A stretch of DNA of 32,000 nt from a virus. The DNA lies in the IMG/VR virus record IMGVR_UViG_3300045988_160163, positions 9,666-41,665 of that record. The stretch is one strand, 5' to 3'. The notes below the pieces were generated by a model. That model ran no database searches and was not told the DNA's origin. It saw only the letters and a program-made list of their open reading frames with translations. A program made the translations under genes and the position numbers. Shown piece by piece: positions 1 to 10,108 of this stretch. How positions within the stretch are numbered: the first letter of the stretch is position 1; each line of letters opens with the position of its first letter.

Positions 1-4
1 TGTA

Positions 5-2749
5 ATGGTTTCGCAGTCTAAAAAGACGAACACATATTATTCTCGTTTGGGTTCTACAATTGTAGATTTGGGAAATAAATTCTCTACAACCGAAGCAGAT
101 ATTATGAATATGGCTACTAGATTAGGTGTTGCAGGTAAGATGGTAGGCTTTAATTCTAACCAAGTATTAGGATTATCAACTGCATTATCTTCATTAGGTA
201 TTGAAGCCGCTGCTGGTGGTAGCTCTGTCTCTAAAATGTTGAAGACAATTGATCTATCTGTTTCTACGGGAGATAAGAAACTACAAAAGTTTGCAGAAGT
301 ATCTGGTATGACTTCTCAACAATTCCAAAAGGCTTGGGGAGAAGATGCAGCGGGAACATTCTTAAAGTTTGTAGAAGGTATTGGAAAATCGTCAGATGTT
401 ACAAAAACATTGGATGAATTAGGAATTAAGGAAGTACGACAAGCACAGTCAATGGGTGCTTTGGCACAAAGTTCGGATGTATTGGCTAATGCATTAAATG
501 TTTCTAAAAATGCATGGAATGACAATACGGCAATGGCAAACGAAGCAGAAAAGCGTTATGCGACATTGAAATCTCAATTATCTCAAACATGGGAAGCTAT
601 TAAACAAGCTGGTAATGAACTAGGACAGGCATTTACACCTACCTTAACAGATCTATTAAAGATAGTAAAAAAGGCAGCTAACGCATTCTCTAATTTAGAT
701 GAAGGAACGCAACAGACAATCGCAAAGATGTTATTGTTGACGGCAGCCGCTTATCCAACCGCAAAAGGTGTAAGTAAAGTATCTGGTGCAACGCAAAGTG
801 CTGTTAAATTCTTTACTAAAGCACATCCAAGCTTACAAAAGGTAGCTGATGGATTTGGGGATGCTGCAAAAGCAGGAGATTTAGCAAATACTTCTATCAT
901 TTCGTTAGGAAAAGGTTTTGTCTTAACACATCCAGCAATTACTGCGGTTACAGTTGCACTTGGTGCGTTTGCAGGTGCTGTTGTCTGGGCGGATAAAAAA
1001 CGCAAGGAAGCGATGGAAACCGCAAATAAAGAGCTTGCATATAAAGATACTGATTATGCAGTAACATTAAAGGTTATTGATGGTTATGAGAAGTATGCAA
1101 AATCAATGTCTAAAACTAAAACAAGCATGGGTGAAATTGTAACTCAGTATATGCAAAACAACAAAACTGCAAGTCATTTGATGAAAACAATTGAAGATCT
1201 TAACGCAAAAGAATCTTTAAATGCTACACAAAAGACTATGCTTGCAGAAGCGGTTAGGGAGTTAAATCAACTTTATCCTGATTTAGGAGTAGAGATTGAT
1301 GAAAATACTGGCAAGCTAAATCTTAATGAGGATGCGAACTATAAAAGTATTGATGCAATTAAAGAAAGAATTACTCAGATTCAAGAAGAAGCAAAACAAG
1401 AAGCGTTGGCAAGTATCGCAAAGAAAAATGCTGCTGCTCAATTAAAAGCGGAATTAAAGAATGCAGAGCTTACGGAAAGTATAAATACTACAACAGATTC
1501 ATTAAGAAAATTAAGTTTACAATTTGCAGCAGGCCATATTTCAATGCAAGATTATATGAATCAATCGAGTGCATTGAAGGAATCAATTAATACATTATGT
1601 ACTGATTTAGCAGATTCTTATACGAAATTGCACGAAACGCAGACACAATCCATTCTTCAATCAAGCTACTTAGAAACACAGTCGTTTGAACAAATGGGAA
1701 CAACCATGAAAGCTCAATTGACTGATATTGCAGCACAGGCAGCGCAATCAGGTATTCAAATTCCACTTGGTATTCAAGAAGGAATTACAAATGGAACTGC
1801 AAATGCGGTAGAAGCAGCTAATTACATGGCTACTTTAATGAATATGAATCAGCTTGTGGATCAAGCTGGTATGATTGGTGGCTCTATCCCTGTAAGTGTA
1901 GCAAATAGTATTTTAGCAAATTGTGGAAGCATCACAGAAGCTACAAATGCGATGAATAGTTTGATCACATTGGCACAAGCTGTTAAATCTGCCGGAATGG
2001 AAGGTCAAGCGATTCCACCTGACATTGCTCAAAAATTTATAAGCGGTCAATCAACTGTAGGTGAAGCAGTACAAGAGATGATGGCAAGAACTGACCCTAA
2101 AATAAAAGAAGCCGGAGAGCAGATGTTAAAAGAATCTCAGAATTCGATTACCGGTATTGCGGATGCATTTGCGAATGATGGTACTACATCATCAGCCGTT
2201 GGAAAAATGGGTGGAAAGATGGAAAAAGCATTACAACCATCTTTAGATAACATGGTTACAAGTTCTGCTAAAGCTTATTCAGATATTAAATCAAATATTG
2301 ATAAAGCTCAAAGTTATGCTGATAGTCATCCTATCACGGTAACACAAACAACTTTAAAAAAGACAAAAGTTGTTGATGGTGATAACAATAAAAATTATTT
2401 CCCACAATCTTTGTTCAATACGGATAGGCCTGTAGTTGACACAGATATTATGCCAATGAGTGCAGATGCAATTGCTACATATTCTGATATCAGTCCATAT
2501 GCATCTGTTGCGAATGCTACAACAGCTATTATGAGTGGAACTACATCACGAAGCTATGGAAGCGTTGGTAATATAAATTTGAGTGCAATCACAAAAAGAT
2601 TGGATCAAATGATTAATGCGATTGGAAATTGTGATTTAACAATTAATTTACAACCTATGCAATTGGATGGAAATGTTGTTACAGATACTGTACAAGAAAT
2701 TGTATCAATTCGAGATATGTTGAAATCATGGGGGAATGGAGGTTCATAG
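5..2749 (+). CDS. Phage tail tape measure protein (probably 5'-truncated by the window edge)
   Basis: 914-aa ORF whose frame stays open to base 2. NMATRLGVAGKMVGF..GLSTALSSLGIEAAAGGSSVSKML matches my memory of the TP901-family TMP core. A hydrophobic segment (ITAVTVALGAFAGAVVW) is followed by a long coiled-coil A/Q-rich region. Lies directly 5' of the Dit/Tal genes. Confidence 0.85.
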   Translation: MVSQSKKTNTYYSRLGSTIVDLGNKFSTTEADIMNMATRLGVAGKMVGFNSNQVLGLSTALSSLGIEAAAGGSSVSKMLKTIDLSVSTGDKKLQKFAEVSGMTSQQFQKAWGEDAAGTFLKFVEGIGKSSDVTKTLDELGIKEVRQAQSMGALAQSSDVLANALNVSKNAWNDNTAMANEAEKRYATLKSQLSQTWEAIKQAGNELGQAFTPTLTDLLKIVKKAANAFSNLDEGTQQTIAKMLLLTAAAYPTAKGVSKVSGATQSAVKFFTKAHPSLQKVADGFGDAAKAGDLANTSIISLGKGFVLTHPAITAVTVALGAFAGAVVWADKKRKEAMETANKELAYKDTDYAVTLKVIDGYEKYAKSMSKTKTSMGEIVTQYMQNNKTASHLMKTIEDLNAKESLNATQKTMLAEAVRELNQLYPDLGVEIDENTGKLNLNEDANYKSIDAIKERITQIQEEAKQEALASIAKKNAAAQLKAELKNAELTESINTTTDSLRKLSLQFAAGHISMQDYMNQSSALKESINTLCTDLADSYTKLHETQTQSILQSSYLETQSFEQMGTTMKAQLTDIAAQAAQSGIQIPLGIQEGITNGTANAVEAANYMATLMNMNQLVDQAGMIGGSIPVSVANSILANCGSITEATNAMNSLITLAQAVKSAGMEGQAIPPDIAQKFISGQSTVGEAVQEMMARTDPKIKEAGEQMLKESQNSITGIADAFANDGTTSSAVGKMGGKMEKALQPSLDNMVTSSAKAYSDIKSNIDKAQSYADSHPITVTQTTLKKTKVVDGDNNKNYFPQSLFNTDRPVVDTDIMPMSADAIATYSDISPYASVANATTAIMSGTTSRSYGSVGNINLSAITKRLDQMINAIGNCDLTINLQPMQLDGNVVTDTVQEIVSIRDMLKSWGNGGS

Positions 2750-2750
2750 A

Positions 2751-3533
2751 ATGTATCATTTTAGATTTACACCTGAAAATAAACTTCGTTATACACAAAA
2801 TATTATGTATTTATTAAAGGTAAGTGAGCGTCCTATTATTCCTATGGCAGAGGAAATTGTAGAAACATCTACACTTGGTGACGGTACAACATCGTATCGT
2901 CATACAGGTGTATATCAAGATCGCAAAATTCCTATCAAATGCAATTTTGTTTTAAATAGCAAGAAAGAATATCTAGATCGTATCTATAAAATCCAACAAT
3001 ATTTTAATGGAAATAAAGGGATATTGGAGTTAACTAGTGATGATAGAGAACATTATTGGAAGGTAAAAAATGTAACGTTCGATATGGATTCTAGAGATTT
3101 TGGACGAGGAAGCGAATTTACAATCACGTTTATTTGTGAACCTTACAGATACGTAAATAAGTATTCTAGGCCATACGATATTGTAAGTGGAAAAAAGGTA
3201 GAACTTGCGAATTATTATGAAACAGCATATCCAATCTATCGTTTATATAACACTTCCATGAATGCGAAAAACATTACGATCAATTGTAATGGAAATGATT
3301 TTACGATCACAAATCCTTTCAATGGTACATCGGATATTTCGTATGTTGAAATCAATACAGAGAATTCTTATATGAAAACATTCTATAAAAATGGAACGTA
3401 TAAATATGACACATTGAAAACAAGTGGGTCGTTTGATGGGCTTAAGTTTAATTATGGTTCAAATAATGTATTGATCACAACAGATATTGGTGCTATTCGT
3501 GCAGAAATTATACGTAATTATAGGGAGAAATAA
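2751..3533 (+). CDS. Distal tail protein (Dit)-like tail component
   Basis: ATG 2751 is preceded by GGAGG (2738-2742) and starts 2 nt after the TMP stop. 260 aa in the canonical siphovirus position between TMP and Tal. The call is mainly positional. Confidence 0.55.
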   Translation: MYHFRFTPENKLRYTQNIMYLLKVSERPIIPMAEEIVETSTLGDGTTSYRHTGVYQDRKIPIKCNFVLNSKKEYLDRIYKIQQYFNGNKGILELTSDDREHYWKVKNVTFDMDSRDFGRGSEFTITFICEPYRYVNKYSRPYDIVSGKKVELANYYETAYPIYRLYNTSMNAKNITINCNGNDFTITNPFNGTSDISYVEINTENSYMKTFYKNGTYKYDTLKTSGSFDGLKFNYGSNNVLITTDIGAIRAEIIRNYREK

Positions 3534-3535
3534 AG

Positions 3536-5125
3536 ATGATTCAGTTATTCTTTTCTAGAAAAAAAACAACATATGCACAAATGAAAGAACGTAATGGAGA
3601 TGTGATTTTAAAACATTGTGTTAGTGCAAAAGCAGTGTTTGAAAGAAATTCTATTTGGTACGTAGAAATAGAATTTCCAAAAAGTGATTTGATGGGTATG
3701 GAAATCAGTGATGAATCCGTGTTTAAAGTGGATATAAATTTTGAAGAACCACAGTTATATAGAATTGTGTATCCAAAATACAACAAACAAAGCGATACAT
3801 ATACATGCTATGCAACACATGTGTTCTTTGATTCTCAAAAAGAAGTGTTTGTGTTTGATGATCGTACTATGAGTGGTACGTGGCAAGATGCGATAAACAG
3901 TGCGAATGATATTATCACAAATTCACGGCCCAATTATCCTTATAAAATTTATGGACATGGAAAATATGCAAACTATACCAACGTTAATGCAGAGAATGAA
4001 AAAATCGTTTATTTCCGAAATGTTCAGAATAGTGGATATTGTTTAGATGTTCCAAGCGCAAGTGAAGATGCATCTATACAACTACAGATGTATCAAAGAA
4101 ACAGAACGTCTGCACAGACTTTTATGTTGAAAAAAGTAGGCTCAGATAGATATGGAGATATATATGGAATTTTATCTTTATGTTCATGTAGATGGCTTAA
4201 ATTGGATTCAGGAAAGGTTGTGCTAGGTAGTCTATCTGAAAGTCCATCAGATAATTCTGAAAAATGGTGGTTCATTAATAGTGGATCTAATTATGAAATT
4301 GCACCGTATGAAAACATATATTATGGCATCTACCCTAGTTCAACGAGTATTGGCAACGGAAACAAAGTTATTGTTTCTGATAGAGGTGCTGCCGAAGTTG
4401 GAAATGCGTGTAAATGGATGATTGAAGATCTTGATTCTACACAAACGGCATATTGGGTTCGATATAATCTGATTCAATGCTTGTTTGGTACAGAAGAAAA
4501 TTCTATGATGAACCGATGGCCTGAATGTGAAAATAACAGATATGTTGCGATGTTTAACAATTATGACTGCTACTTTGGGAATCCAGATTACTATGCTTTT
4601 AATTTGAAGCCCAATGGTTTCTTTATAAGTAATAAAGAAATGTCTGAATACACTAAGAAAAAATCAATGGAAAATGTAGTTACAGGAATCATACCTAAAG
4701 CGTACAATGGACGCATTTTACCAAATCACGAGATTGTCAAGGCTAGTAATTGGGATACAGATGAAATTCACAGAATTGATGTAAAAGAATATTCCAATAT
4801 CAAATTGATTGCGGATGATTCACAAGCAAAGAAAACAACATTGGGTGTATTTACAAATGAAGTGAACCTAAGAAACTATCTTAGAATACAAGCTAAAAAA
4901 TCTTTGGAGAAAGAACTGCAAGAACCAAAAACAGAAACTTCTGTTAAATTTGAAGAATTATTTCCATACAATGTGCCGAATGCACAGGCGTTAAAAATAA
5001 ATGATTCAATTTTTGTAGAGACTGATTTTGGAAAACGAGAAAGGTTTTATTTAAACAAATTGACCTATAACTTGATCACAGAACGGCCTGAAGATTTAGA
5101 TCTTGTATTAGAAAGTGAGGTATAA
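3536..5125 (+). CDS. Tail-associated lysin/endopeptidase-type tail protein (Tal) with inserted ricin-type lectin-like domain
   Basis: 529 aa following Dit. The N-terminus (..PQLYRIV..YATHVFFDS) resembles prophage tail endopeptidase N-domains. Residues ~165-300 carry three CLDV/QxW-like repeats (YCLDVPS..AQTFML, EKWWFIN, CKWMIED) typical of beta-trefoil lectins. Confidence 0.55.
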   Translation: MIQLFFSRKKTTYAQMKERNGDVILKHCVSAKAVFERNSIWYVEIEFPKSDLMGMEISDESVFKVDINFEEPQLYRIVYPKYNKQSDTYTCYATHVFFDSQKEVFVFDDRTMSGTWQDAINSANDIITNSRPNYPYKIYGHGKYANYTNVNAENEKIVYFRNVQNSGYCLDVPSASEDASIQLQMYQRNRTSAQTFMLKKVGSDRYGDIYGILSLCSCRWLKLDSGKVVLGSLSESPSDNSEKWWFINSGSNYEIAPYENIYYGIYPSSTSIGNGNKVIVSDRGAAEVGNACKWMIEDLDSTQTAYWVRYNLIQCLFGTEENSMMNRWPECENNRYVAMFNNYDCYFGNPDYYAFNLKPNGFFISNKEMSEYTKKKSMENVVTGIIPKAYNGRILPNHEIVKASNWDTDEIHRIDVKEYSNIKLIADDSQAKKTTLGVFTNEVNLRNYLRIQAKKSLEKELQEPKTETSVKFEELFPYNVPNAQALKINDSIFVETDFGKRERFYLNKLTYNLITERPEDLDLVLESEV

Positions 5126-5126
5126 C

Positions 5127-5723
5127 ATGGCAATTGTATATAATGATTTAACTGTTAGTTTAACGAAGCCAAACGACAACTTGATTGTTGAAATGGTAAG
5201 AGCTGATTCGGGACGAGGATTAAGAATATTTGTCAGTGATGATGTGATTACTAGTAATAGCTCAAATGTTGATGAATCTTTGCATGCGATTTTATGGACT
5301 AAAAAGCCGAGTGGATTAATGGTTAGTATTGGTTCTACATCTGTATCAAGGTTTGAAAACTCAAATGCATACGAAATTGAATTTTCAGATACAGAAGCTT
5401 TTCAAAATATCTTAGCAGAATTAGGGATTTGTGAATGCCAGGTGACATTAGAATCTAGTGGAACATTTGTCACAACTTTTAATTTTAAGATTAAGGTTGT
5501 TGATAATCTTGCAGCCCAGGAATCGTTAGAATCGACTGAAGAATACAAATCTATGATGGAATTGGTTGCGAAAGTAAATGCATATAAAAATGAATTAGAA
5601 AATTATGTGGCTCAATTTAAAAATCAACTGAAATTAACAGTTAATGTTAGATATGGTACTTCAGATCCTGTTGTACAAGATGGTGATAAAGCCGGAGATA
5701 TCTATATCAAATATGAGGAATAG
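5127..5723 (+). CDS. Baseplate/tail structural protein (BppU-N-like, weak)
   Basis: ATG 5127 follows a GTGAGG SD. 198 aa: a beta-rich N-terminal part, then a coiled coil (YKNELENYVAQFKNQL). Located in the tail module. Confidence 0.4.
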   Translation: MAIVYNDLTVSLTKPNDNLIVEMVRADSGRGLRIFVSDDVITSNSSNVDESLHAILWTKKPSGLMVSIGSTSVSRFENSNAYEIEFSDTEAFQNILAELGICECQVTLESSGTFVTTFNFKIKVVDNLAAQESLESTEEYKSMMELVAKVNAYKNELENYVAQFKNQLKLTVNVRYGTSDPVVQDGDKAGDIYIKYEE

Positions 5724-5726
5724 CGT

Positions 5727-6773
5727 ATGACTGTTTTAGCAACATTACCATATAATCAGTATTTAATACTTACGTTTGAATCTTACAATGAGCGATATGA
5801 AGGTTCATATCCGAATTTAAAATTTAAAGCGGATGTAAGGTTTAAATATACCGGAAACTTCAAAATCCAAGCAACCAATGTTGTTACGCTTGGAGGACTT
5901 TCTAAAACTATTTCAAGATGGGATTTAAATTATATCCAGGATTCAGGATGGTATTATCTAGGACAAATTAATGAACCTATGTATTGCAATAGACAACGTT
6001 CTTTTGAATGGGGTGCAAGTTGTCAGGGATGGCCTAATTTATCAGGAATAGCAAGATTGACTACGCCTAAGATTGAATTGCCTACATATGAAGCAGAGGT
6101 AACAGATATTAATAGTACTTCAATTTCTATTTATGGAAGGTTAAAAACAAATCCTTACAATTTGTATACTTTGCGTATTTATTCAATGGCAACAAAAGAA
6201 TTTATTGTGGATAGATTAAACGGAACACATATTGTAAGTGAATTGAAAGGCTCGACAAGTTATGAATTTCATATCGAGCCGTTTATGGCGGATTGCTCTG
6301 GATCATACTTGCTTCAGACAGTATTAGAAGCAACAACGTTAGAAGACTATAAAAAGATATCTGTAACGAGTGTAGATGTAACTATATCTCATATTGATGA
6401 TAAGTATGATAAAGCAGTGTGCGTTGCACATACAACAGATGATGCACATGTTACAAAGAGTCATTGGGATTATGATGGTATGGGAAGTGATTTAACTTCA
6501 GATAATCTTACAAAGGAATTTAAAGTGCCGAATGGTAATGAGCGTAGAATGCTTGTTTATGTAACAGATACTTTAGGAAGAACAAGCAATTATTATTACT
6601 TTTATATCATTGCATCTGCATCTTATAGAGAAGTATGGGTGTTTGATGGAAATAATTGGAAAAAGGGAAAATCACTTGTTTTGAGTAGTGATGGAAAAAC
6701 ATTTGAGAAATGTAGACTTTATTGTGATACAGGATTGAAATGGAAGGGTGCAAAAAGATATGGAGAGGATTAA
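5727..6773 (+). CDS. Tail/baseplate structural protein, function unknown
   Basis: 348-aa ORF with a GAGGA SD, translationally coupled to its neighbours, beta-rich. No motif recognised. Confidence 0.4.
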   Translation: MTVLATLPYNQYLILTFESYNERYEGSYPNLKFKADVRFKYTGNFKIQATNVVTLGGLSKTISRWDLNYIQDSGWYYLGQINEPMYCNRQRSFEWGASCQGWPNLSGIARLTTPKIELPTYEAEVTDINSTSISIYGRLKTNPYNLYTLRIYSMATKEFIVDRLNGTHIVSELKGSTSYEFHIEPFMADCSGSYLLQTVLEATTLEDYKKISVTSVDVTISHIDDKYDKAVCVAHTTDDAHVTKSHWDYDGMGSDLTSDNLTKEFKVPNGNERRMLVYVTDTLGRTSNYYYFYIIASASYREVWVFDGNNWKKGKSLVLSSDGKTFEKCRLYCDTGLKWKGAKRYGED

Positions 6774-6775
6774 AA

Positions 6776-7069
6776 ATGGAAATTAAAAGAGATCATATTT
6801 TCATAAATCAAGGAGATACAATTTATACAGATATTTTAATAAAGTATAAGAATGGACAAGTATTTATTCCTGGTAAGGCTGATTCTTTAGAGTTCATTAT
6901 CTATAAAGATGGCAAAGAACTTATTAAAATTCCTATTGATGAATCTTTGAAGGTAATTTGCCAAACAGATGAACTTTCTGTTGGTGTTTATAATTGGATG
7001 GTTCGTATTGATGTGAATGGAATTAAAGAAACACCATTAAAAGGAATTCTTAAAGTGAAAGGAGACTAG
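6776..7069 (+). CDS. Small tail-module protein, function unknown
   Basis: ATG 6776 follows GGAGAGGA. 97 aa, beta-rich, lying between baseplate genes. The annotated upstream ATG at 6740 overlaps the previous gene and lacks an SD. Confidence 0.4.
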   Translation: MEIKRDHIFINQGDTIYTDILIKYKNGQVFIPGKADSLEFIIYKDGKELIKIPIDESLKVICQTDELSVGVYNWMVRIDVNGIKETPLKGILKVKGD

Positions 7070-7071
7070 AA

Positions 7072-9519
7072 ATGGATGGATTGAAAGCAAGACTAAGTTT
7101 TGATGCGGTTGCTTATGATTATGATGATGAATATCTTACGATTGATACAGATACACATACTATTAATATTAATAATGTATCTAGATTGTTCGGAGTGCAA
7201 TATGATGGAAATTCTAAACTGATTAAATTTAGAATCAGAAACAAGTTATCTGAAATTCAAAAAATGCAAGATTCAATTGTTTATATAAATTGGATTGATT
7301 CTAAGGGAGTTAAGGGTCAGTCAATTGCGATTAACAAAACAATTAGTAATGATATTTGTGAATTTGCATGGAAAGTACCATTTGATGCTTTGAAAAACTC
7401 AGGGGTTTTGCATTTTGCGATGAGCGCTGTAATTACAGAAGATAATTCAAGTGTGATTAATCAAAAATGGTCTACACAAATTGCATCTGTTACTACACCT
7501 GATGGAATTTATATTAAATCTTATACTCCTAGTAGCGAAGAAGAAGATAGAATTGCACAAATCTATAACGAGTTATCAAATATGATAAATACACAAAGTG
7601 AAAATTTGCAATCACAAGTTAATTCACTAAAGGAAGAGTGTGATTATTTAGAACGTAGCGCTATTAGCGAATTACAAGAGAATTTATTAAATGGCGTAAC
7701 TATTTATAAAGGAAAAAATATAGATGGAAGCGGAAGAGAACCTTTAGTTGGTGATCCTAATTTTTGCTATACAGATTATATAGTAGTAACCCCTAGGGAA
7801 ATGTATTATTTTGTTGGTAGAGGTTATATATTCTATGAATTTTATGATATCAACAAAAAATATATTAGGGGTACATATAAAGATATGGGTGCTGATATTG
7901 ATACGTTAAGTGCCATTTCACCAGATGAAGCAAGATTTTTAAGATTATCGTTTGGTTTCAATTATGAGTACAGACCACGAGTTATAAATTATAAAATACG
8001 AAATTTAGTCGAAACTGTAGAAAAATTAAACACAGAAAAAATGCAAGATTTTTATTCGTTTAATTTTAGAAAAGAAGATTTGCTTGATACGTTTGCGATA
8101 AATCCAAATACAGGTCGTAATGAATATGATATTTCATATTATTGTACACCGTTTATGCGAATCCCAAGCAATGCAGTGAAATTATCAGTGACAGGCTATA
8201 ATATTGGCGATAATGGGCTATATAAACAAATTGTTTTCTATGATAATGATTATAACTATATATCGGGGACTTTCAACAAAGACGAAGTATCAGTTCCAAA
8301 AAATGCAATATATGTTAGTTGTAGTTTCGGAAAGATGTATTTTGAAAACGTAAAAATTGTAGCAAAAAAAGAAAATGTTGAAAATTTCTATAATAAAAAA
8401 GAAATTGATTCTAAAATCGACAGTATTACATTAAAAGTTACCAATTCAGAAACTGAAATATCTTTAATTGATTCTAAAATCAGTTCAGCAGAAGATAAAT
8501 TAGACGTAGAACGTAAAAGAATTGATAATTTCACGTCTTTACCAAATGGGTCAACGTCCGGTGATGCAGAATTACAGGATATGAGAGTTGGTGCCGATGG
8601 CGTTATTTATTCTAATGCAGGAGAAGCTTTAAGAAAACAAATTGAAGCAACGCAAAATCTGATTTCTGAACCAATCAAAACAATGTATAGATACTTAATG
8701 GTTAGTTTTGGGTATGACGAACAACACTTATCATTACTTGGCAGTGACGATTTGGAAACATTTTACTTGATAAACAAAAATGCTTATAACATGACAAAAG
8801 GAAGAACTAACGCTTTAAGAGACCCAGCTATAACTCAAATAGGAAAGTACTATTATATTGTATATTCAGATGGATATACAGATTCTACAAAATTATATAT
8901 GTGCAGAACTATAAATTTTGTAGATTATGAAGAACTTGAGCCTATAGACATTACAAATGCAGACGGTTCTGAGCCTGTAGTGATTTGGGCACCTTGTTGG
9001 TTCAAACATGACGGAAAATTGTATGTAATTCTGAATAGTGACAGTGGGTTGCAAGGCACTCGATATGGAGAATATGATTATATTACGCACACTGTTTCTC
9101 CAACAAGTAAATTTAATTTTAAAGATTACCCTCAGACCATAGATGTGCATATTTATTATGAAAACAATTATTTTTACGCAATCATAAAAGATGAATCTAA
9201 ACGTTATGATTCACTCCATATTTTAAAATCCGATTCATTATCAGGTGAGTTTGTTTCAGTTGGTAATAATTTACAGACATTTGGCTATGCTGAGGGTCAA
9301 TTTGCAATTCGATTAGACAACGGAAAAATCAGAATTTTTGCAGTTGAGTTAGGTGTTGAAAATATTCCTATCAAATATGCAGATTTAGACACATTTGAAT
9401 CAGAACCTAGTGAAATAAAAGCCATTAGATATGTTGGAATTGGTGAAAGCTACAAACTAAGTCATGCAACATATTGGGATTTTAACAAATTCGGTAGCGG
9501 ATATGGTCTGCTAGGTTAA
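7072..9519 (+). CDS. Receptor-binding tail fibre/baseplate protein with C-terminal GH43-like beta-propeller
   Basis: 815 aa. The N-terminus resembles a BppU_N-type domain (GVQYDGNSKLIKFRI...FAWKVP..GVLHFAMS). Two similar ~100-aa CBM-like modules follow (..TDYIVV..FYEFYD..ARFLRLSF and ..TPFMRI..VFYDNDYNYI..AIYVSCSF), then a coiled coil. The C-terminal ~270 aa carry LRDPAI..GKYYYIVYS, IWAPCWF..GKLYVIL, IDVHIYYENNYFYAI and AEGQFAIRL, which is the blade-motif pattern of GH43/GH32-type five-bladed propellers. Confidence 0.6.
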   Translation: MDGLKARLSFDAVAYDYDDEYLTIDTDTHTININNVSRLFGVQYDGNSKLIKFRIRNKLSEIQKMQDSIVYINWIDSKGVKGQSIAINKTISNDICEFAWKVPFDALKNSGVLHFAMSAVITEDNSSVINQKWSTQIASVTTPDGIYIKSYTPSSEEEDRIAQIYNELSNMINTQSENLQSQVNSLKEECDYLERSAISELQENLLNGVTIYKGKNIDGSGREPLVGDPNFCYTDYIVVTPREMYYFVGRGYIFYEFYDINKKYIRGTYKDMGADIDTLSAISPDEARFLRLSFGFNYEYRPRVINYKIRNLVETVEKLNTEKMQDFYSFNFRKEDLLDTFAINPNTGRNEYDISYYCTPFMRIPSNAVKLSVTGYNIGDNGLYKQIVFYDNDYNYISGTFNKDEVSVPKNAIYVSCSFGKMYFENVKIVAKKENVENFYNKKEIDSKIDSITLKVTNSETEISLIDSKISSAEDKLDVERKRIDNFTSLPNGSTSGDAELQDMRVGADGVIYSNAGEALRKQIEATQNLISEPIKTMYRYLMVSFGYDEQHLSLLGSDDLETFYLINKNAYNMTKGRTNALRDPAITQIGKYYYIVYSDGYTDSTKLYMCRTINFVDYEELEPIDITNADGSEPVVIWAPCWFKHDGKLYVILNSDSGLQGTRYGEYDYITHTVSPTSKFNFKDYPQTIDVHIYYENNYFYAIIKDESKRYDSLHILKSDSLSGEFVSVGNNLQTFGYAEGQFAIRLDNGKIRIFAVELGVENIPIKYADLDTFESEPSEIKAIRYVGIGESYKLSHATYWDFNKFGSGYGLLG

Positions 9520-9586
9520 TTAACTAAATAAGAAATTAGTAAATTATTGCATTTAAATAGAATGAAAGGTTGAAAGGAAAATTAAT

Positions 9587-9880
9587 ATGAGTGGAGAATA
9601 TCTTAGTGTTATTATTTCTGCATGCATGCTTGTAATTGCATTTATTACGTATAATCGTGGCACACGAAAGATGGATGGAGAGCAAATATCCAATATGGCA
9701 TTTTTGAAGAATGAATTGGAACATATTAAATCGGATTTAGGTGATATAAAGGATTCAATTTCAGAAATAAAAAAAGGAAGCAATTCAATGGAAGTGGAGC
9801 TTTCAGAACTAAAACAACAAATAAAAACTTTGTTTAATCGTGTAGAAGCGTTGGAGGAACGTAATAAAAATGGATATTAA
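9587..9880 (+). CDS. Membrane-anchored coiled-coil protein (lysis-accessory position)
   Basis: 97 aa with an N-terminal TM segment (LSVIISACMLVIAFITY) and a C-terminal coiled coil. Lies between the tail-fibre and lysis genes. Confidence 0.35.
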   Translation: MSGEYLSVIISACMLVIAFITYNRGTRKMDGEQISNMAFLKNELEHIKSDLGDIKDSISEIKKGSNSMEVELSELKQQIKTLFNRVEALEERNKNGY

Positions 9881-10103
9881 AGATACAAACAAGAAACTTC
9901 AAAATGTAGAAGAAAAAGTAGATAACATTTATGGTTTTTGTTCAAAATTAATTGATCGAAACTATAAAACAAGTAGAACGATTATTACAGTATTGGTTTT
10001 AGTGATTATTGTTCTTTATTCTACCATTGTTTGTCGTGGTTATTGGAAAGATGATCATGTGAATAATTGTTCTTGCGAAGCTAATTCAAACCAACGAATT
10101 TAA
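9870..10103 (+). CDS. XhlA-like small membrane protein
   Basis: 77 aa with an N-terminal coiled coil and a C-terminal TM segment (IITVLVLVIIVLYSTIV), the topology of XhlA-family proteins. Overlaps the previous ORF by 11 nt. Confidence 0.35.
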   Translation: MDIKDTNKKLQNVEEKVDNIYGFCSKLIDRNYKTSRTIITVLVLVIIVLYSTIVCRGYWKDDHVNNCSCEANSNQRI

Positions 10104-10108
10104 TTAAG

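Noticed and set aside
316-1005. - strand ORFs (316-525, 751-1005) inside the tape measure gene.
   Set aside because: They are antisense to a well-supported long CDS in an Ala-rich segment that is poor in stops. No SD and no recognisable motifs. The same reasoning applies to 3541-3786, 4093-4275, 8893-9150, 9536-9783, 10117-10356, 11067-11315, 13557-14016, 15520-15738, 17480-17665, 19023-19451, 20629-20814, 21681-21902, 23427-23651, 27275-27475, 28758-28940, 29940-30146 and 31322-31612.
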